From contig CBDDFZ010000002.1 in NCBI GenBank assembly GCA_965227515.1, positions 640,001 through 704,000 of the forward strand: 64,000 bases of DNA, in the 5' to 3' direction. Source of the stretch: Alphaproteobacteria bacterium. GTDB lineage: Bacteria > Pseudomonadota > Alphaproteobacteria > CALKHQ01. The notes under the pieces were generated by a model. It did no database searches, was not told where the DNA came from, and saw nothing but the letters and a program-made list of their open reading frames with translations. Shown here piece by piece: positions 36,951 to 46,307 of this stretch. Made by a program: the position numbers and the translations under genes. Numbering within the stretch: the first letter of the stretch is position 1; every line of letters begins with the position of its first letter.

Positions 36951-37867
36951 CGGCGACCTTCCCGCCGCTCGCGCTTTCGACTGGCCAGGCTGTGCAGGGC
37001 CAGCGCGCCGAAGGTGGCATACAGCAACAGGAACGAGAGCGCCGCCCCGAACGGCCAGTTGTTGGCGGCGCTGAACTGACGCTCGATGACGTTGGCGATC
37101 ATCGAGTCCTCGGTGCCGCCCAGCAGCTCCGGCGTCAGGAACGAGCCCAGGGCGGGGATGAACACCAGGATGGTGCCGGAGATGATGCCGGGCAGCGCCA
37201 GCGGCACCACCACGCTGAAGAAGGTGCGGGCCTGGCTGGCGCCCAAGTCCAGGCTTGCCTCCAGATAGGACTTGTCCATCCGCTCGACCGCGGCATAGAG
37301 CGGCAGCACCATGAACGGCAGGTGCACGTAGACCAGCCCGATCAGCACGCCGATCCAGTTGTACAGCATGGCCAACGGCTCGAATTCGCCGAGCACGGTC
37401 TCGTTGCCGAGTCCGAGCCAGACCATCACGCCGTCAACCTGTTCCCACACCCATTCCAGGCCGAAATTGACGTGGCCACGGGTGCGGAATACCGCGATCA
37501 GCGCATAGGTGCGGATCAGAAGGTTGGTCCAGAACGGCAGGATGATCGCCAGCAGCAGCAACGGCTTCCAGCGCGGCGGTGCGTACGCGATGCACAGCGC
37601 CACCGGCAGGCCAAGCATCAGGCAGATCAGCGTGGTCAGCGCGCCCATCCACAACGAGCGGCCGAAAATCTGCAGGTACTCGGGCTGGAACGCCCGCAGG
37701 TACTGGTCCAGGTCCCAGTCGATCGACACCTCGACCAGGTCGACCTGCTCGCCGAAGCTGAGCACCCACACCAGCGACAGCGGGATCAGGAAGAACAGTA
37801 CCAGCCAGACCGCGGCCGGCGACATCAGCACGGCGAAGGCGCCCGGTGCCCGCCGCCAGTTCTCCAT
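36947..37867 (-). CDS. potB: Spermidine/putrescine ABC transporter permease
   Basis: LPFWTNLLIRTYA, LPFMVLPLY, EASLDLGA and NWPFGAALS. Confidence 0.88.
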   Translation of the reverse strand: MENWRRAPGAFAVLMSPAAVWLVLFFLIPLSLVWVLSFGEQVDLVEVSIDWDLDQYLRAFQPEYLQIFGRSLWMGALTTLICLMLGLPVALCIAYAPPRWKPLLLLAIILPFWTNLLIRTYALIAVFRTRGHVNFGLEWVWEQVDGVMVWLGLGNETVLGEFEPLAMLYNWIGVLIGLVYVHLPFMVLPLYAAVERMDKSYLEASLDLGASQARTFFSVVVPLALPGIISGTILVFIPALGSFLTPELLGGTEDSMIANVIERQFSAANNWPFGAALSFLLLYATFGALALHSLASRKRERREGRR

Positions 37868-37928
37868 CGTCAGGTCGCCGCCTGTTTCGGCCGGGGTGTG
37901 CCCATCGGCGTGGACGCGTCCGTTGCGG

Positions 37929-40900
37929 CTATTCGGCCGGTGCGTCGACCATGCGGCCGGCCCGTCCCTGTTTCGACCGCGCCTCGATGGTGGCGACGAA
38001 CAGCGACATCAGCGGCGGCACGATGGCCAGCGTCAGCACCGCCGACAGCATCAGGCCGCCGACCACCACCGAACCCAGCCCGCGATAGAGTTCCGAGCCG
38101 GCGCCGGGGAACAGCACCAGCGGCAGCATGCCGAACACGCTGGTCAGGGTCGACATAAAGATCGGCCGGATACGGTTCTTGGTCGCGTGGGTGATGGCGT
38201 CGTCGGGCGCCATGCCCTCGACCCTGATGTTGTACAGGGTCTGGTGGACCAGCAGGATGGCGTTGTTGACGACGATGCCGATCAGGATGACGAAGCCCAG
38301 CATGGTCAGCATGTCCAGCTTCTGGTCCTGATAGAGGTTGAGGACCGCCAAGCCCATCAGGCCGCCGGCCGCCGCCACCGGCACCGCCAGCATGATGATG
38401 ACCGGGTACAAGAAGCTCTCGAACAGCACGGCCATCACCAGGTAGACGATGGCGACCGCCATCAACAGGTTCAGCACCAGCGCGTCCCAGGTCTGGGTCA
38501 GCTTGTCGGCCGTGCCCGACAGCGAGAACTGCACGTCGCCGACCTGGTTTTGCGCCTGCATCGGCTCGACCACGTTGGCGCGGACCTGGTTCATCGCCGC
38601 TTCCAGCGGCACCGCTGCATTGGGCGTGATCTGGAGCGTGACCGTGCGGCTGCGCTCAAGGTGGCGAATCTCGGTCGGGCCAGCGGTGAACTCGACCCGG
38701 GCCAGCGAGCTGACAGGCACGATCTCGCCATCGGCGGTCACCACCGGCAAGGCGCCGATCTGCTGGGTGGAGGTGGCCCCATCGCCCTGGCCGGCAAGCA
38801 CCAGGTCGACGCGCTCGTTGCCCACGGTGACCTGGGCGACTCGCAAGCCGTCGTTGAAGGCATCGACCGTCAGGCCCAGGTCGAGCGCGGTCACACCATT
38901 GTCGGCCAGCCGCATCCGGTCCGGATAGACCCGCACTTCGGGCGCGCCCAGCGTCAGGTCCGGCAGCGGGCGGATCTGGTTGCCCTGGTCCATCGGCAGC
39001 ACGCCCATGGTCATGCCGAACGATTGCTGCGCCAGGCCCAGGATCTGCTCCAGGTCGCCGCCGGAAATATCCAGGTCGATGGTGCGCCCGCCGCCGACGC
39101 CACGGCCGAACAGCGACGGCTGGAAGAAGAAGCCGAAGGTGCCTGGCTCCTGGAACACCGCGTTGCGCATGATCGGGATCAGCTCGGCCGCGCGATCCTC
39201 CTCGGCCGACGCGCCGCCGACGAACGCGCCGCCGCCGAAGGCGACCGCGAAGAACGCCTCGAACGCCGGGACCTCGGCGGTCGACTCGTATGGGCTCTCG
39301 CCATAGGCCCAGTACTGCCGCGTCCCGTCCTCGATCCGCTCCAGGATGCCGGAGGTGGTCTCGACGTTGTAGCCCGGCGGCGGCAGCACGACGCCGAAGA
39401 TGAAATTCTGGTTGCCGGTGGGCAGATAGTCCAGCGCCGGCCGGAACACGACCACGAACAGGCCGGCCAGCACCGTGATGACCGCGACCATGCCGAGGGC
39501 GAACAGCTTCGACCGTACCACGAACCGCGCAAACCGCGTCGCAAGCGACACGAACCCGCGGCCGAAATCGTCGATACCCGGCAGCCGGAACGTCGAGCCA
39601 CCGCTGATGTTGCCGGCCAGCAGGCGGTTGGAGAGCGCCGGGATCACGGTGATCGCGACCACCAGCGACAGCAACACCGAGACCGAGATCGCCACCGCAA
39701 TGTCGCGGAATAACTGGCCGACCTCCTGCTCCATGGTCAGGATCGGCACGAACACCAGCACGGTGGTGAGCGCCGACACCAGCACCGCGCCCCACACCTG
39801 GGACGCGCCCTTGTAGGCGGCCTCGAACTTGGAGAGCCCCTCCTGGCGCAATCGGTAGATGTTTTCCAGCACCACGATGGCGGCGTCGACCACCATGCCG
39901 ACCGAGAACGCGATGCCGGCCAGCGAGACCACGTTCAGCGAGCGGCCGAACGCGGCCATGGCGACGAAGGCGCCGACCACCGACACCGGGATCGCCAGCG
40001 TCACCACCAGGGTCGCCCGCCACGAGCGCAGGAACACCATCAGCACGATGGCGGCCAGGATGCCGCCGAACAGGATGTTGGACCGAACCAGGTCGATGGC
40101 GCTGTCGATGTACTCGGTCTCGTCGTAGACCTGCTGCAAGGTCAGCCCGGCTTCGGGCACCACCCGCGCGTTCAGTTCGTCGACGGCGGCGCGCACGCCC
40201 TCCATGGTCTGGATGACGTTGGCGCCGGCCTCGCGCACCGCGTTGAACACCAGTGCCGACTCGCCGAAGAAGCGGATTTCGGCGCCCGGCTCGTGATAGG
40301 CGAAGAACACCTCCGCCACGTCGCCGACGGTCACCCGGCCGACCCGGCCGCCCTCGTCGCTGTCGCTGCGCAGCAGCACCGCGCGCACGGCCTCCGGCGT
40401 GTTGAGCTCGCCCTCGGTGCGCACCGTGTAACGGCGCTTGCCCTCGTCGACATCGCCGGCCGACAGTGAGGAATTGGCGGCGCGCAGGGCAGCGACCACC
40501 TGGCTGACCGTCAGCCGGTATTCCGCCAGCAGGCGCGGGTTGACCTCGATCCTCAGCTCACGGGTCTCGCCGCCATAGACATTAACGCCACCGACGCCGT
40601 CCACCCGCTCGATGCGCTCGGCGATGATGTCCTCGACGAAGTCGCCGAACGTGTGCATCGGCTGCTCGACGCCATCCAGGCGGCGCAGGATGAACCAGGC
40701 GATGGCGTTGTCGTCCTGGCCGGCGGTGCTGAGCGTGGGCTCGCTGGCCTCGTCGGGATAGTTGGACACCCTGTCCAGCCGGTTGGAGACCAGCAGCAGG
40801 GCCTTGTCCATGTCCTGGCCGACGGTGAACTCCAGGGTGATCTCGCCCTCGCCGTTCTTCGAGGCGCTGGTGATGCGTTGCAGGCCCTCGATGCCCTTCA

Positions 40901-41111
40901 GCACCTCTTCCTGCTCGTTGACGATCTCGCGCTCGATCTCTGCTGGCGCCGCGCCGGGCCATTGGGTCGTGACGTTGATCACCGGCTGGCGCACGTCGGG
41001 CGCGAGCTGGATCGGGATCGTGGTCAGCGCCAGATAGCCGAACAGCAGCACCAGCAGGACCGCGGCGATAACCGCGACCGGCCGGGTGATCGAAAAGCGG
41101 ATCAGGTCCAT
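37929..41111 (-). CDS. RND efflux permease (AcrB/AcrD/AcrF family)
   Basis: 1060 aa; GMVVDAAIVVLENI, GIVVNNAILLV and RIRPIFMSTLTSVFGMLPL. Confidence 0.95.
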   Translation of the reverse strand: MDLIRFSITRPVAVIAAVLLVLLFGYLALTTIPIQLAPDVRQPVINVTTQWPGAAPAEIEREIVNEQEEVLKGIEGLQRITSASKNGEGEITLEFTVGQDMDKALLLVSNRLDRVSNYPDEASEPTLSTAGQDDNAIAWFILRRLDGVEQPMHTFGDFVEDIIAERIERVDGVGGVNVYGGETRELRIEVNPRLLAEYRLTVSQVVAALRAANSSLSAGDVDEGKRRYTVRTEGELNTPEAVRAVLLRSDSDEGGRVGRVTVGDVAEVFFAYHEPGAEIRFFGESALVFNAVREAGANVIQTMEGVRAAVDELNARVVPEAGLTLQQVYDETEYIDSAIDLVRSNILFGGILAAIVLMVFLRSWRATLVVTLAIPVSVVGAFVAMAAFGRSLNVVSLAGIAFSVGMVVDAAIVVLENIYRLRQEGLSKFEAAYKGASQVWGAVLVSALTTVLVFVPILTMEQEVGQLFRDIAVAISVSVLLSLVVAITVIPALSNRLLAGNISGGSTFRLPGIDDFGRGFVSLATRFARFVVRSKLFALGMVAVITVLAGLFVVVFRPALDYLPTGNQNFIFGVVLPPPGYNVETTSGILERIEDGTRQYWAYGESPYESTAEVPAFEAFFAVAFGGGAFVGGASAEEDRAAELIPIMRNAVFQEPGTFGFFFQPSLFGRGVGGGRTIDLDISGGDLEQILGLAQQSFGMTMGVLPMDQGNQIRPLPDLTLGAPEVRVYPDRMRLADNGVTALDLGLTVDAFNDGLRVAQVTVGNERVDLVLAGQGDGATSTQQIGALPVVTADGEIVPVSSLARVEFTAGPTEIRHLERSRTVTLQITPNAAVPLEAAMNQVRANVVEPMQAQNQVGDVQFSLSGTADKLTQTWDALVLNLLMAVAIVYLVMAVLFESFLYPVIIMLAVPVAAAGGLMGLAVLNLYQDQKLDMLTMLGFVILIGIVVNNAILLVHQTLYNIRVEGMAPDDAITHATKNRIRPIFMSTLTSVFGMLPLVLFPGAGSELYRGLGSVVVGGLMLSAVLTLAIVPPLMSLFVATIEARSKQGRAGRMVDAPAE

Positions 41112-41134
41112 GGCTGAATGGCCCCCGTCCTAGC

Positions 41135-42238
41135 CTAGCTCTCGCCAACCATGACAGGCTGGCCCGGCTGCAGGCGTTCGTTGCCGCGGATGATCGCCAG
41201 GTCGCCGGCGGCGAGCCCGGACAGTACCTGGAACCGGTCGCCGTCCGCCTCGCCAAGCTGCACCGGCCGGATCTGGGCGGTGCCGTCGGCGACGACGAAG
41301 ACGATGGTGCCCTGGGGGCTGGCGATCACCGCATCCTTGTGCACGGTGACCACGCTGACGTTCTCGCCGGCCGGCAAGTTCACGGTGACCGACTGGTTCG
41401 ACGCCAGTTCCTTGTTGGTCGGGCCGAACGTGGGGCTGAACCGGACCAGCCGGGTGCGGGTCAGCGGGTTTTCCTCCGGCACGATGGCGCGCAGCACGGC
41501 CGTGTGCTCGGTGCGGTCGTCCAGCACGATCCGCACGTTGGTGCCCACCGACAGCCCTTGCAGGCGGGCCGTCGGCACGTCGGCCTCCACCTCCAGATCC
41601 TGGTCGTTGACCAGACGGACCACGGGCTGGCCCAAATTCAGGAAGTCGCCGTCGGTGATATAGAGTTCCGCCACCACGCCGGGGAACGGCGCGGTGATCG
41701 TGCTGTCGGTCAGGTTCTCGGTCGCCAGCTCCAGTTCGGCCGCGGCCCTCAACACCATCGCCTCGGCGCGGCGCACATCGCTGCGCGCGGCCGCCGTCAC
41801 CGCGACCTGGCTGTCGTAGTTCGCCTGGTTGAACGCCGCCGACGAGCGCAGATTGGCCAGCCGCGCGAGCTCACGCTCGGCCTGGGTCAATAGCGCCTGT
41901 GCCGCCTCGACCGCCGCTTCCTGCTCGGTCTGCGCGGCGGTGGCCAAGTCGACCGCCATCGCCAGCCGGGCGGTGTCCAGCACCGCCAGCACGTCGCCGA
42001 TCTGGACCCGGCTGCCGACATCGACCTCGACGGCTTCCACCGGACCGCCGACCCGCGCCGCGACGTCGCCGACCTGGCGCGAAATCAGGCGGCCGCTGAC
42101 CGGCAGGGTCTGCGTCATCATCCCGTCGACCACCTCGTCGACGACCACCAGCGCGGCCTGCTGGGCAAGCCCCGCCCCGGCGGTGGCCGCCAGGGCCGCA
42201 GCCGCAATCAGTGGTGCCAGGATCAGTCGCATGCGCAT
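41135..42238 (-). CDS. RND efflux periplasmic adaptor (MFP)
   Basis: Signal peptide, lipoyl halves, alpha-hairpin, ITAPFPGVV and GLAAGDLAIIRG. Confidence 0.9.
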   Translation of the reverse strand: MRMRLILAPLIAAAALAATAGAGLAQQAALVVVDEVVDGMMTQTLPVSGRLISRQVGDVAARVGGPVEAVEVDVGSRVQIGDVLAVLDTARLAMAVDLATAAQTEQEAAVEAAQALLTQAERELARLANLRSSAAFNQANYDSQVAVTAAARSDVRRAEAMVLRAAAELELATENLTDSTITAPFPGVVAELYITDGDFLNLGQPVVRLVNDQDLEVEADVPTARLQGLSVGTNVRIVLDDRTEHTAVLRAIVPEENPLTRTRLVRFSPTFGPTNKELASNQSVTVNLPAGENVSVVTVHKDAVIASPQGTIVFVVADGTAQIRPVQLGEADGDRFQVLSGLAAGDLAIIRGNERLQPGQPVMVGES

Positions 42239-42455
42239 GCCGGTTTGCCTCGTCAAGACCGTCGATTTATGCCTGCACAATCCATTCCAACAATCGCCAA
42301 CCTGCAGGCGGGTCGACGACCAACGGCACACCGGCATTTCCAGTGTTGTGAGCGCGTGCAGGCCGGCATCTGTTCCGGGCACATGCACCGAATGGGCATA
42401 TGCCATGAAAGGATGCGGTCGCACCGTGCCGAGCAATTCGTGTAGCATATAGCGT

Positions 42456-43403
42456 ATGGGGACACGACTATACAGCCATCCTTGCTTCGCCGATCACGAT
42501 ACCGGGCCGCACCATCCGGAGCAGCCCGACCGTGTGCGCGTGATCGAGGATGCATTGGCCGATCCGGCCTTCGACAAGCTTGAGCGGGTGACGCCGCCGG
42601 AGGCGGGCGTCGACACCATCGCGCTGCTGCATCCGCGCGACTTCGTGGAGGCGGCGCTGAAGGCGATGCCGGCCGAGGGGCTGGCGGCGTTCGATGCCGA
42701 CACCATCGTCTCGCCGGGCAGTCACGAGGCGGTGCTGCGCGCCATCGGCGGGGTGTGCGACGCGGTGGACGCGGTGGTGACGGGCGATGCCGACAACGCC
42801 TTCTGCGCCGTGCGGCCGCCGGGCCACCATGCCGAGGCCGCGCGCGCCATGGGGTTCTGCGTGTTCAACGCCGTCGCCATCGCCGCGCGCCACGCCCAGG
42901 TCAATCACGACCTCGGCCGGGTCGCGGTGGTCGACTTCGACGTTCATCACGGCAACGGCACCCAGGCCCTGTTCTGGGACCACGAGACGCTGTTCTACGG
43001 CTCCACCCACCAGTGGCCGTTCTATCCGGGTACCGGCGACCGCTCGGAGACCGGGGTCGGCAACATCGCCAACGCGCCGTTGTCGGCCGGCGCCGATTCA
43101 GCCCTGTTCCGCAAGGCGATGGACGAGCGCATCCTGCCGGCGCTGCATGCATTCAAGCCGGAACTGCTGATCGTATCGGCCGGGTTCGATGCCCATCGCG
43201 ACGACCCGTTGGGCGGCTTGCGGCTGGAGACCGAGGACTTCACCTGGGTCACCGAACGGCTGTGCGACGTGGCCGACGACTGCTGCGACGGGCGGGTGGT
43301 GTCGGCCCTGGAAGGCGGCTATGACCTGGACGCGCTGGCCGACAGCGCGGCGGTCCATGTCGCCGCCCTGATGGCCGCCGCCGAAAGATCCGGAGCACAC
43401 TGA
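42456..43403 (+). CDS. Histone deacetylase family protein
   Basis: HPEQPDR, RPPGHHA, GFC, DFDVHHGNGTQ, SAGFDAH and LEGGY. Confidence 0.95.
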   Translation: MGTRLYSHPCFADHDTGPHHPEQPDRVRVIEDALADPAFDKLERVTPPEAGVDTIALLHPRDFVEAALKAMPAEGLAAFDADTIVSPGSHEAVLRAIGGVCDAVDAVVTGDADNAFCAVRPPGHHAEAARAMGFCVFNAVAIAARHAQVNHDLGRVAVVDFDVHHGNGTQALFWDHETLFYGSTHQWPFYPGTGDRSETGVGNIANAPLSAGADSALFRKAMDERILPALHAFKPELLIVSAGFDAHRDDPLGGLRLETEDFTWVTERLCDVADDCCDGRVVSALEGGYDLDALADSAAVHVAALMAAAERSGAH

Positions 43404-43682
43404 ATGAGTGACAAGACCGCTGCCGCGCAGCCCACCGGCGGAGAACTGCCGGATGACATCCAGCAGATGACCTTCGAGCAGGCGCTCGCGGCGCTGGAGG
43501 AGATCGTGAAGGCGCTCGAATCGGGCGATGGCGGGCTCGACGACGCCATTGCCGCCTATGAGCGCGGCGCGCTGTTGAAGCGCCATTGCGAGACCAAGCT
43601 GCGTGAGGCCGAGGCCAAGGTGCAGAAGATCACATTGGGCGCCGACGGGTCGGTCTCCGCCCAACCCGCAGACTTCGAATGA
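43404..43682 (+). CDS. xseB: Exodeoxyribonuclease VII small subunit
   Basis: MTFEQALAALEEIVKALESG..LDDAIAAYERG..LREAEAKV; lies upstream of ispA. Confidence 0.95.
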   Translation: MSDKTAAAQPTGGELPDDIQQMTFEQALAALEEIVKALESGDGGLDDAIAAYERGALLKRHCETKLREAEAKVQKITLGADGSVSAQPADFE

Positions 43683-43701
43683 GCAGCCCCGCCGCAGCAA
43701 C

Positions 43702-44628
43702 ATGAGCACTGACCTGGCGGCGGCGCTGGACCGCACGTCCGCTGCCGTCGATGCCGACCTGGAAGCCTGCCTGCCGCGCGGGGCCAGTGGTTCTGCCAGT
43801 GGTTCTACCAGTGGTTCTGGGGGGCGCATGGGCCGGCTGGCCGATGCGATGCGCCATTCGGTCTTCGCCGGCGGCAAGCGGTTGCGCCCGTTCCTGGTGA
43901 TCGAGACCGCGCGCATGCTGGGGGCAGAGGGTGCCGCCGTCCTGCGCACCGCCAGCGCGGTGGAGATGATCCACGCCTATTCGCTGATCCACGACGACCT
44001 GCCGGCGATGGACGACGCCGACCTCCGGCGCGGCAAGCCGAGCTGCCATGTCGCGTTCGACGAGGCGACCGCGATCCTGGCCGGCGACGCCTTGCAGGCG
44101 CTGGCGTTTGAGGTGCTGGCCGCGCCAGAGCCGATCACGGATGCCGCCATGCGGGCAGCCCTGGTCCATGGGTTGGGCCGGGCGGCCGGCGCGCTCGGCA
44201 TGTGCGGCGGTCAGATGATCGACCTGGCGTCGGAGGGCGAGGCGCTGACCCGCGCGGAGCTTGAAGATTTGCAGGCGCGCAAAACAGGTGCGCTGATCGC
44301 GTTCGCCTGCGATGCCGGCGCGATCCTGGCCGGCGCGAACGAGGGCGACCGCGCGGCGGTGGGCCGTTATGCCGAGGTGCTGGGCCGCGCCTTTCAGATC
44401 GCCGACGACGTGCTGGACGCCAGCGGCGATGCGGCTGCGATGGGCAAGGCCGCCGGTGCCGACAGCGATGCCGGCAAGGCGACCTTCGTCGCCGTGCTCG
44501 GGCTGGACAATGCCCGCGCCGAGGCCCGACGACTCGCCGACGATGCCGCCGCTGCGCTGGCGCCCTTCGGGTGCCGCGCCGACCTGCTCCGCGCCGCCGC
44601 CGATTTCGCGGTCAATCGCTCCAACTAG
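43702..44628 (+). CDS. ispA: Farnesyl diphosphate synthase / geranyltranstransferase
   Basis: GGKRLRP, SLIHDDLPAMD, RRGKP, GQMID, KTGAL and FQIADDVLD. Confidence 0.95.
   Translation: MSTDLAAALDRTSAAVDADLEACLPRGASGSASGSTSGSGGRMGRLADAMRHSVFAGGKRLRPFLVIETARMLGAEGAAVLRTASAVEMIHAYSLIHDDLPAMDDADLRRGKPSCHVAFDEATAILAGDALQALAFEVLAAPEPITDAAMRAALVHGLGRAAGALGMCGGQMIDLASEGEALTRAELEDLQARKTGALIAFACDAGAILAGANEGDRAAVGRYAEVLGRAFQIADDVLDASGDAAAMGKAAGADSDAGKATFVAVLGLDNARAEARRLADDAAAALAPFGCRADLLRAAADFAVNRSN
43783..43818 (+). repeat. In-frame 3 x 12 bp repeat within ispA
   Basis: GCCAGTGGTTCT GCCAGTGGTTCT ACCAGTGGTTCT encodes ASGS ASGS TSGS. Confidence 0.9.
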
Positions 44629-44648
44629 CGGCCTCTGAAACGCCGAAA

Positions 44649-44796
44649 TCCCCCTCACCCTCCCATCCGGCTGCGCCGGACGGGTCCCTCCCTCTCCCAC
44701 AGGGGGAGAGGGACCAGGTTGCGCGTCAGATAGCCCCTCCTCCCCGTGCGGGAGAGGGAGGGGCCCAGACCGATAGGTCTGGGAGGGTGAGGGGGA
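44649..44796. repeat. Palindromic intergenic element, family B (CCCCTCACCC...GGGTGAGGGG type)
   Basis: Perfect 17-bp terminal IR TCCCCCTCACCCTCCCA / TGGGAGGGTGAGGGGGA, with internal hairpins CCCTCTCCC-ACAGG-GGGAGAGGG and TCCGGC-TGC-GCCGGA. Confidence 0.85.
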
Positions 44797-44833
44797 CGTC
44801 ACATGGGCTGCCGTGGAAAGGCGGCTGGTCTCG

Positions 44834-45583
44834 TCACCACGGCATCGTGCCGCTGTTGGCGGAGAACGTGCCGGTCGGGCCGTCGGGACCGATCAGCGCC
44901 ATGTGGACCGGGTGGCGCGCGCCTTGCTCGACCGTCTGAGTGCCCTGAAAGCTGTTCAGGTCGGTCGCCGTGAAGCCGGGGCAGACCGCGTTGACCTTGA
45001 TGCCGCTGTCTTCAAGGTCGATGGCCAACGCCAGCGTCACCGCGTTGAATGCGGTCTTGGACGACGAGTAGACGCCGTATTTGTCCCGGTTCGGGCTGTC
45101 GGGCTGGGACTGGATCGCCAGCGAGCCGGCGCCGCTGGAGACATTGACGATGCGCCCGGCCGGTGCCGCGCGCAGCAACGGCAGCATGGCCTGGGTCAAG
45201 GCGAGCGGCCCGAACACGTTGGTCTGGAAAACCGCGCGCACCTCATCGAGAGAAGCGGTGCTGAGATGGTTCCCCTCGAGAATCTGCTCGAACGGCAACC
45301 CAGGTGCCCCGGTATGCGCGATGCCGGCATTGTTCACCAGCACGTCGAGCCTGCCGTACGCGCTGCGCACATGCGCCGCCGCGGCCGCGATCGAGGCGCC
45401 GTCGGTGACGTCGAGTTGGATGGGATGGGCGCCTTCACGGATGCTGTCGGCCGCGGCCTTTCCCTTCCCGAGATCGCGCGAACCGACCAGGATAGTGAGC
45501 CCAGCGGCGGCCAGGTCCTTGGCGATTTGTAGGCCGATGCCCTTGTTGGCTCCGGTGACCAGGGCAACGCGATTGTCGTGCAT
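44834..45583 (-). CDS. SDR family oxidoreductase (carbonyl reductase-like)
   Basis: TGANKGIG, LVNNAGI, NVSS, YSSSK and VCPGFTATDLN. Confidence 0.93.
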   Translation of the reverse strand: MHDNRVALVTGANKGIGLQIAKDLAAAGLTILVGSRDLGKGKAAADSIREGAHPIQLDVTDGASIAAAAAHVRSAYGRLDVLVNNAGIAHTGAPGLPFEQILEGNHLSTASLDEVRAVFQTNVFGPLALTQAMLPLLRAAPAGRIVNVSSGAGSLAIQSQPDSPNRDKYGVYSSSKTAFNAVTLALAIDLEDSGIKVNAVCPGFTATDLNSFQGTQTVEQGARHPVHMALIGPDGPTGTFSANSGTMPW

Positions 45584-45641
45584 GGTAGTCTCCTGATTGG
45601 ATCTGACGCGGGCTGACGCTGCCCGAGATGAAATCAACAAT

Positions 45642-45682
45642 ACGGAATGATGTTCCGTTTAAGATACGGAACGATGTTCCGA
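45642..45682. promoter_or_regulatory. Tandem palindromic TetR operators between divergent SDR and TetR genes
   Basis: ACGGAATGATGTTCCGT (45642-45658) and ACGGAACGATGTTCCGA (45666-45682), 24 bp apart. Confidence 0.8.
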
Positions 45683-45698
45683 ATATCAAGGGGCCGAG

Positions 45699-46307
45699 GT
45701 GACGACCGGGAAGACGAACCAGGATGTGGGGGAGGGGCTGCCGGGCCGCGCTTTGAGGGCCGACGCGCGGCGCAGCACGGATGCGCTGCTGGAAGCGGCC
45801 AAGACCGTGTTCGCGACATCGGGCGTCGATGCCCCGGTGCGAGAGATCGCGGCCAAAGCGGGCGTCGGCATCGGGACGGTCTACCGCAACTTCCCGCAGC
45901 GCTCGGACCTCATCGCTGCCGTGTTTCGCCGCGAGGTCGATGCCTTCGCCGAGGCAGGGCAGGGGTTCGCCGACACGCATCCACCGTTCGATGCACTCGT
46001 CCAGTGGGCGCAGCGTTACATGGCATTTCTCACCACCAAGCGCGGCCTCGCTGCGGCGCTGTACTCGAACGATCCGGCGTACGAGGCGCTGCCCGGCTAT
46101 TTCCGCGACCGGCTGGAGCCAGTCACGCAGGCGTTGCTGGCCAGGGCGGTGGAGGCTGGCGAAGTACGCGCCGATGTCGAGCCATGGGAGTTGCTGCGTG
46201 CCATCGGCAGCCTCGCCGCGACGGCGGAAGCCAGCGGCGCGGAAACAGCGCGGCGCATGATCGCGTTGTTGCTAGACGGGCTGCGCTATGGCGCGGGCGC
46301 GAATTAG
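45699..46307 (+). CDS. TetR/AcrR family regulator
   Basis: LRADARR..LLEAA..F...G, EIAAKAGVGIGTVYRNFP and LLLDGLR. Confidence 0.92.
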   Translation: MTTGKTNQDVGEGLPGRALRADARRSTDALLEAAKTVFATSGVDAPVREIAAKAGVGIGTVYRNFPQRSDLIAAVFRREVDAFAEAGQGFADTHPPFDALVQWAQRYMAFLTTKRGLAAALYSNDPAYEALPGYFRDRLEPVTQALLARAVEAGEVRADVEPWELLRAIGSLAATAEASGAETARRMIALLLDGLRYGAGAN

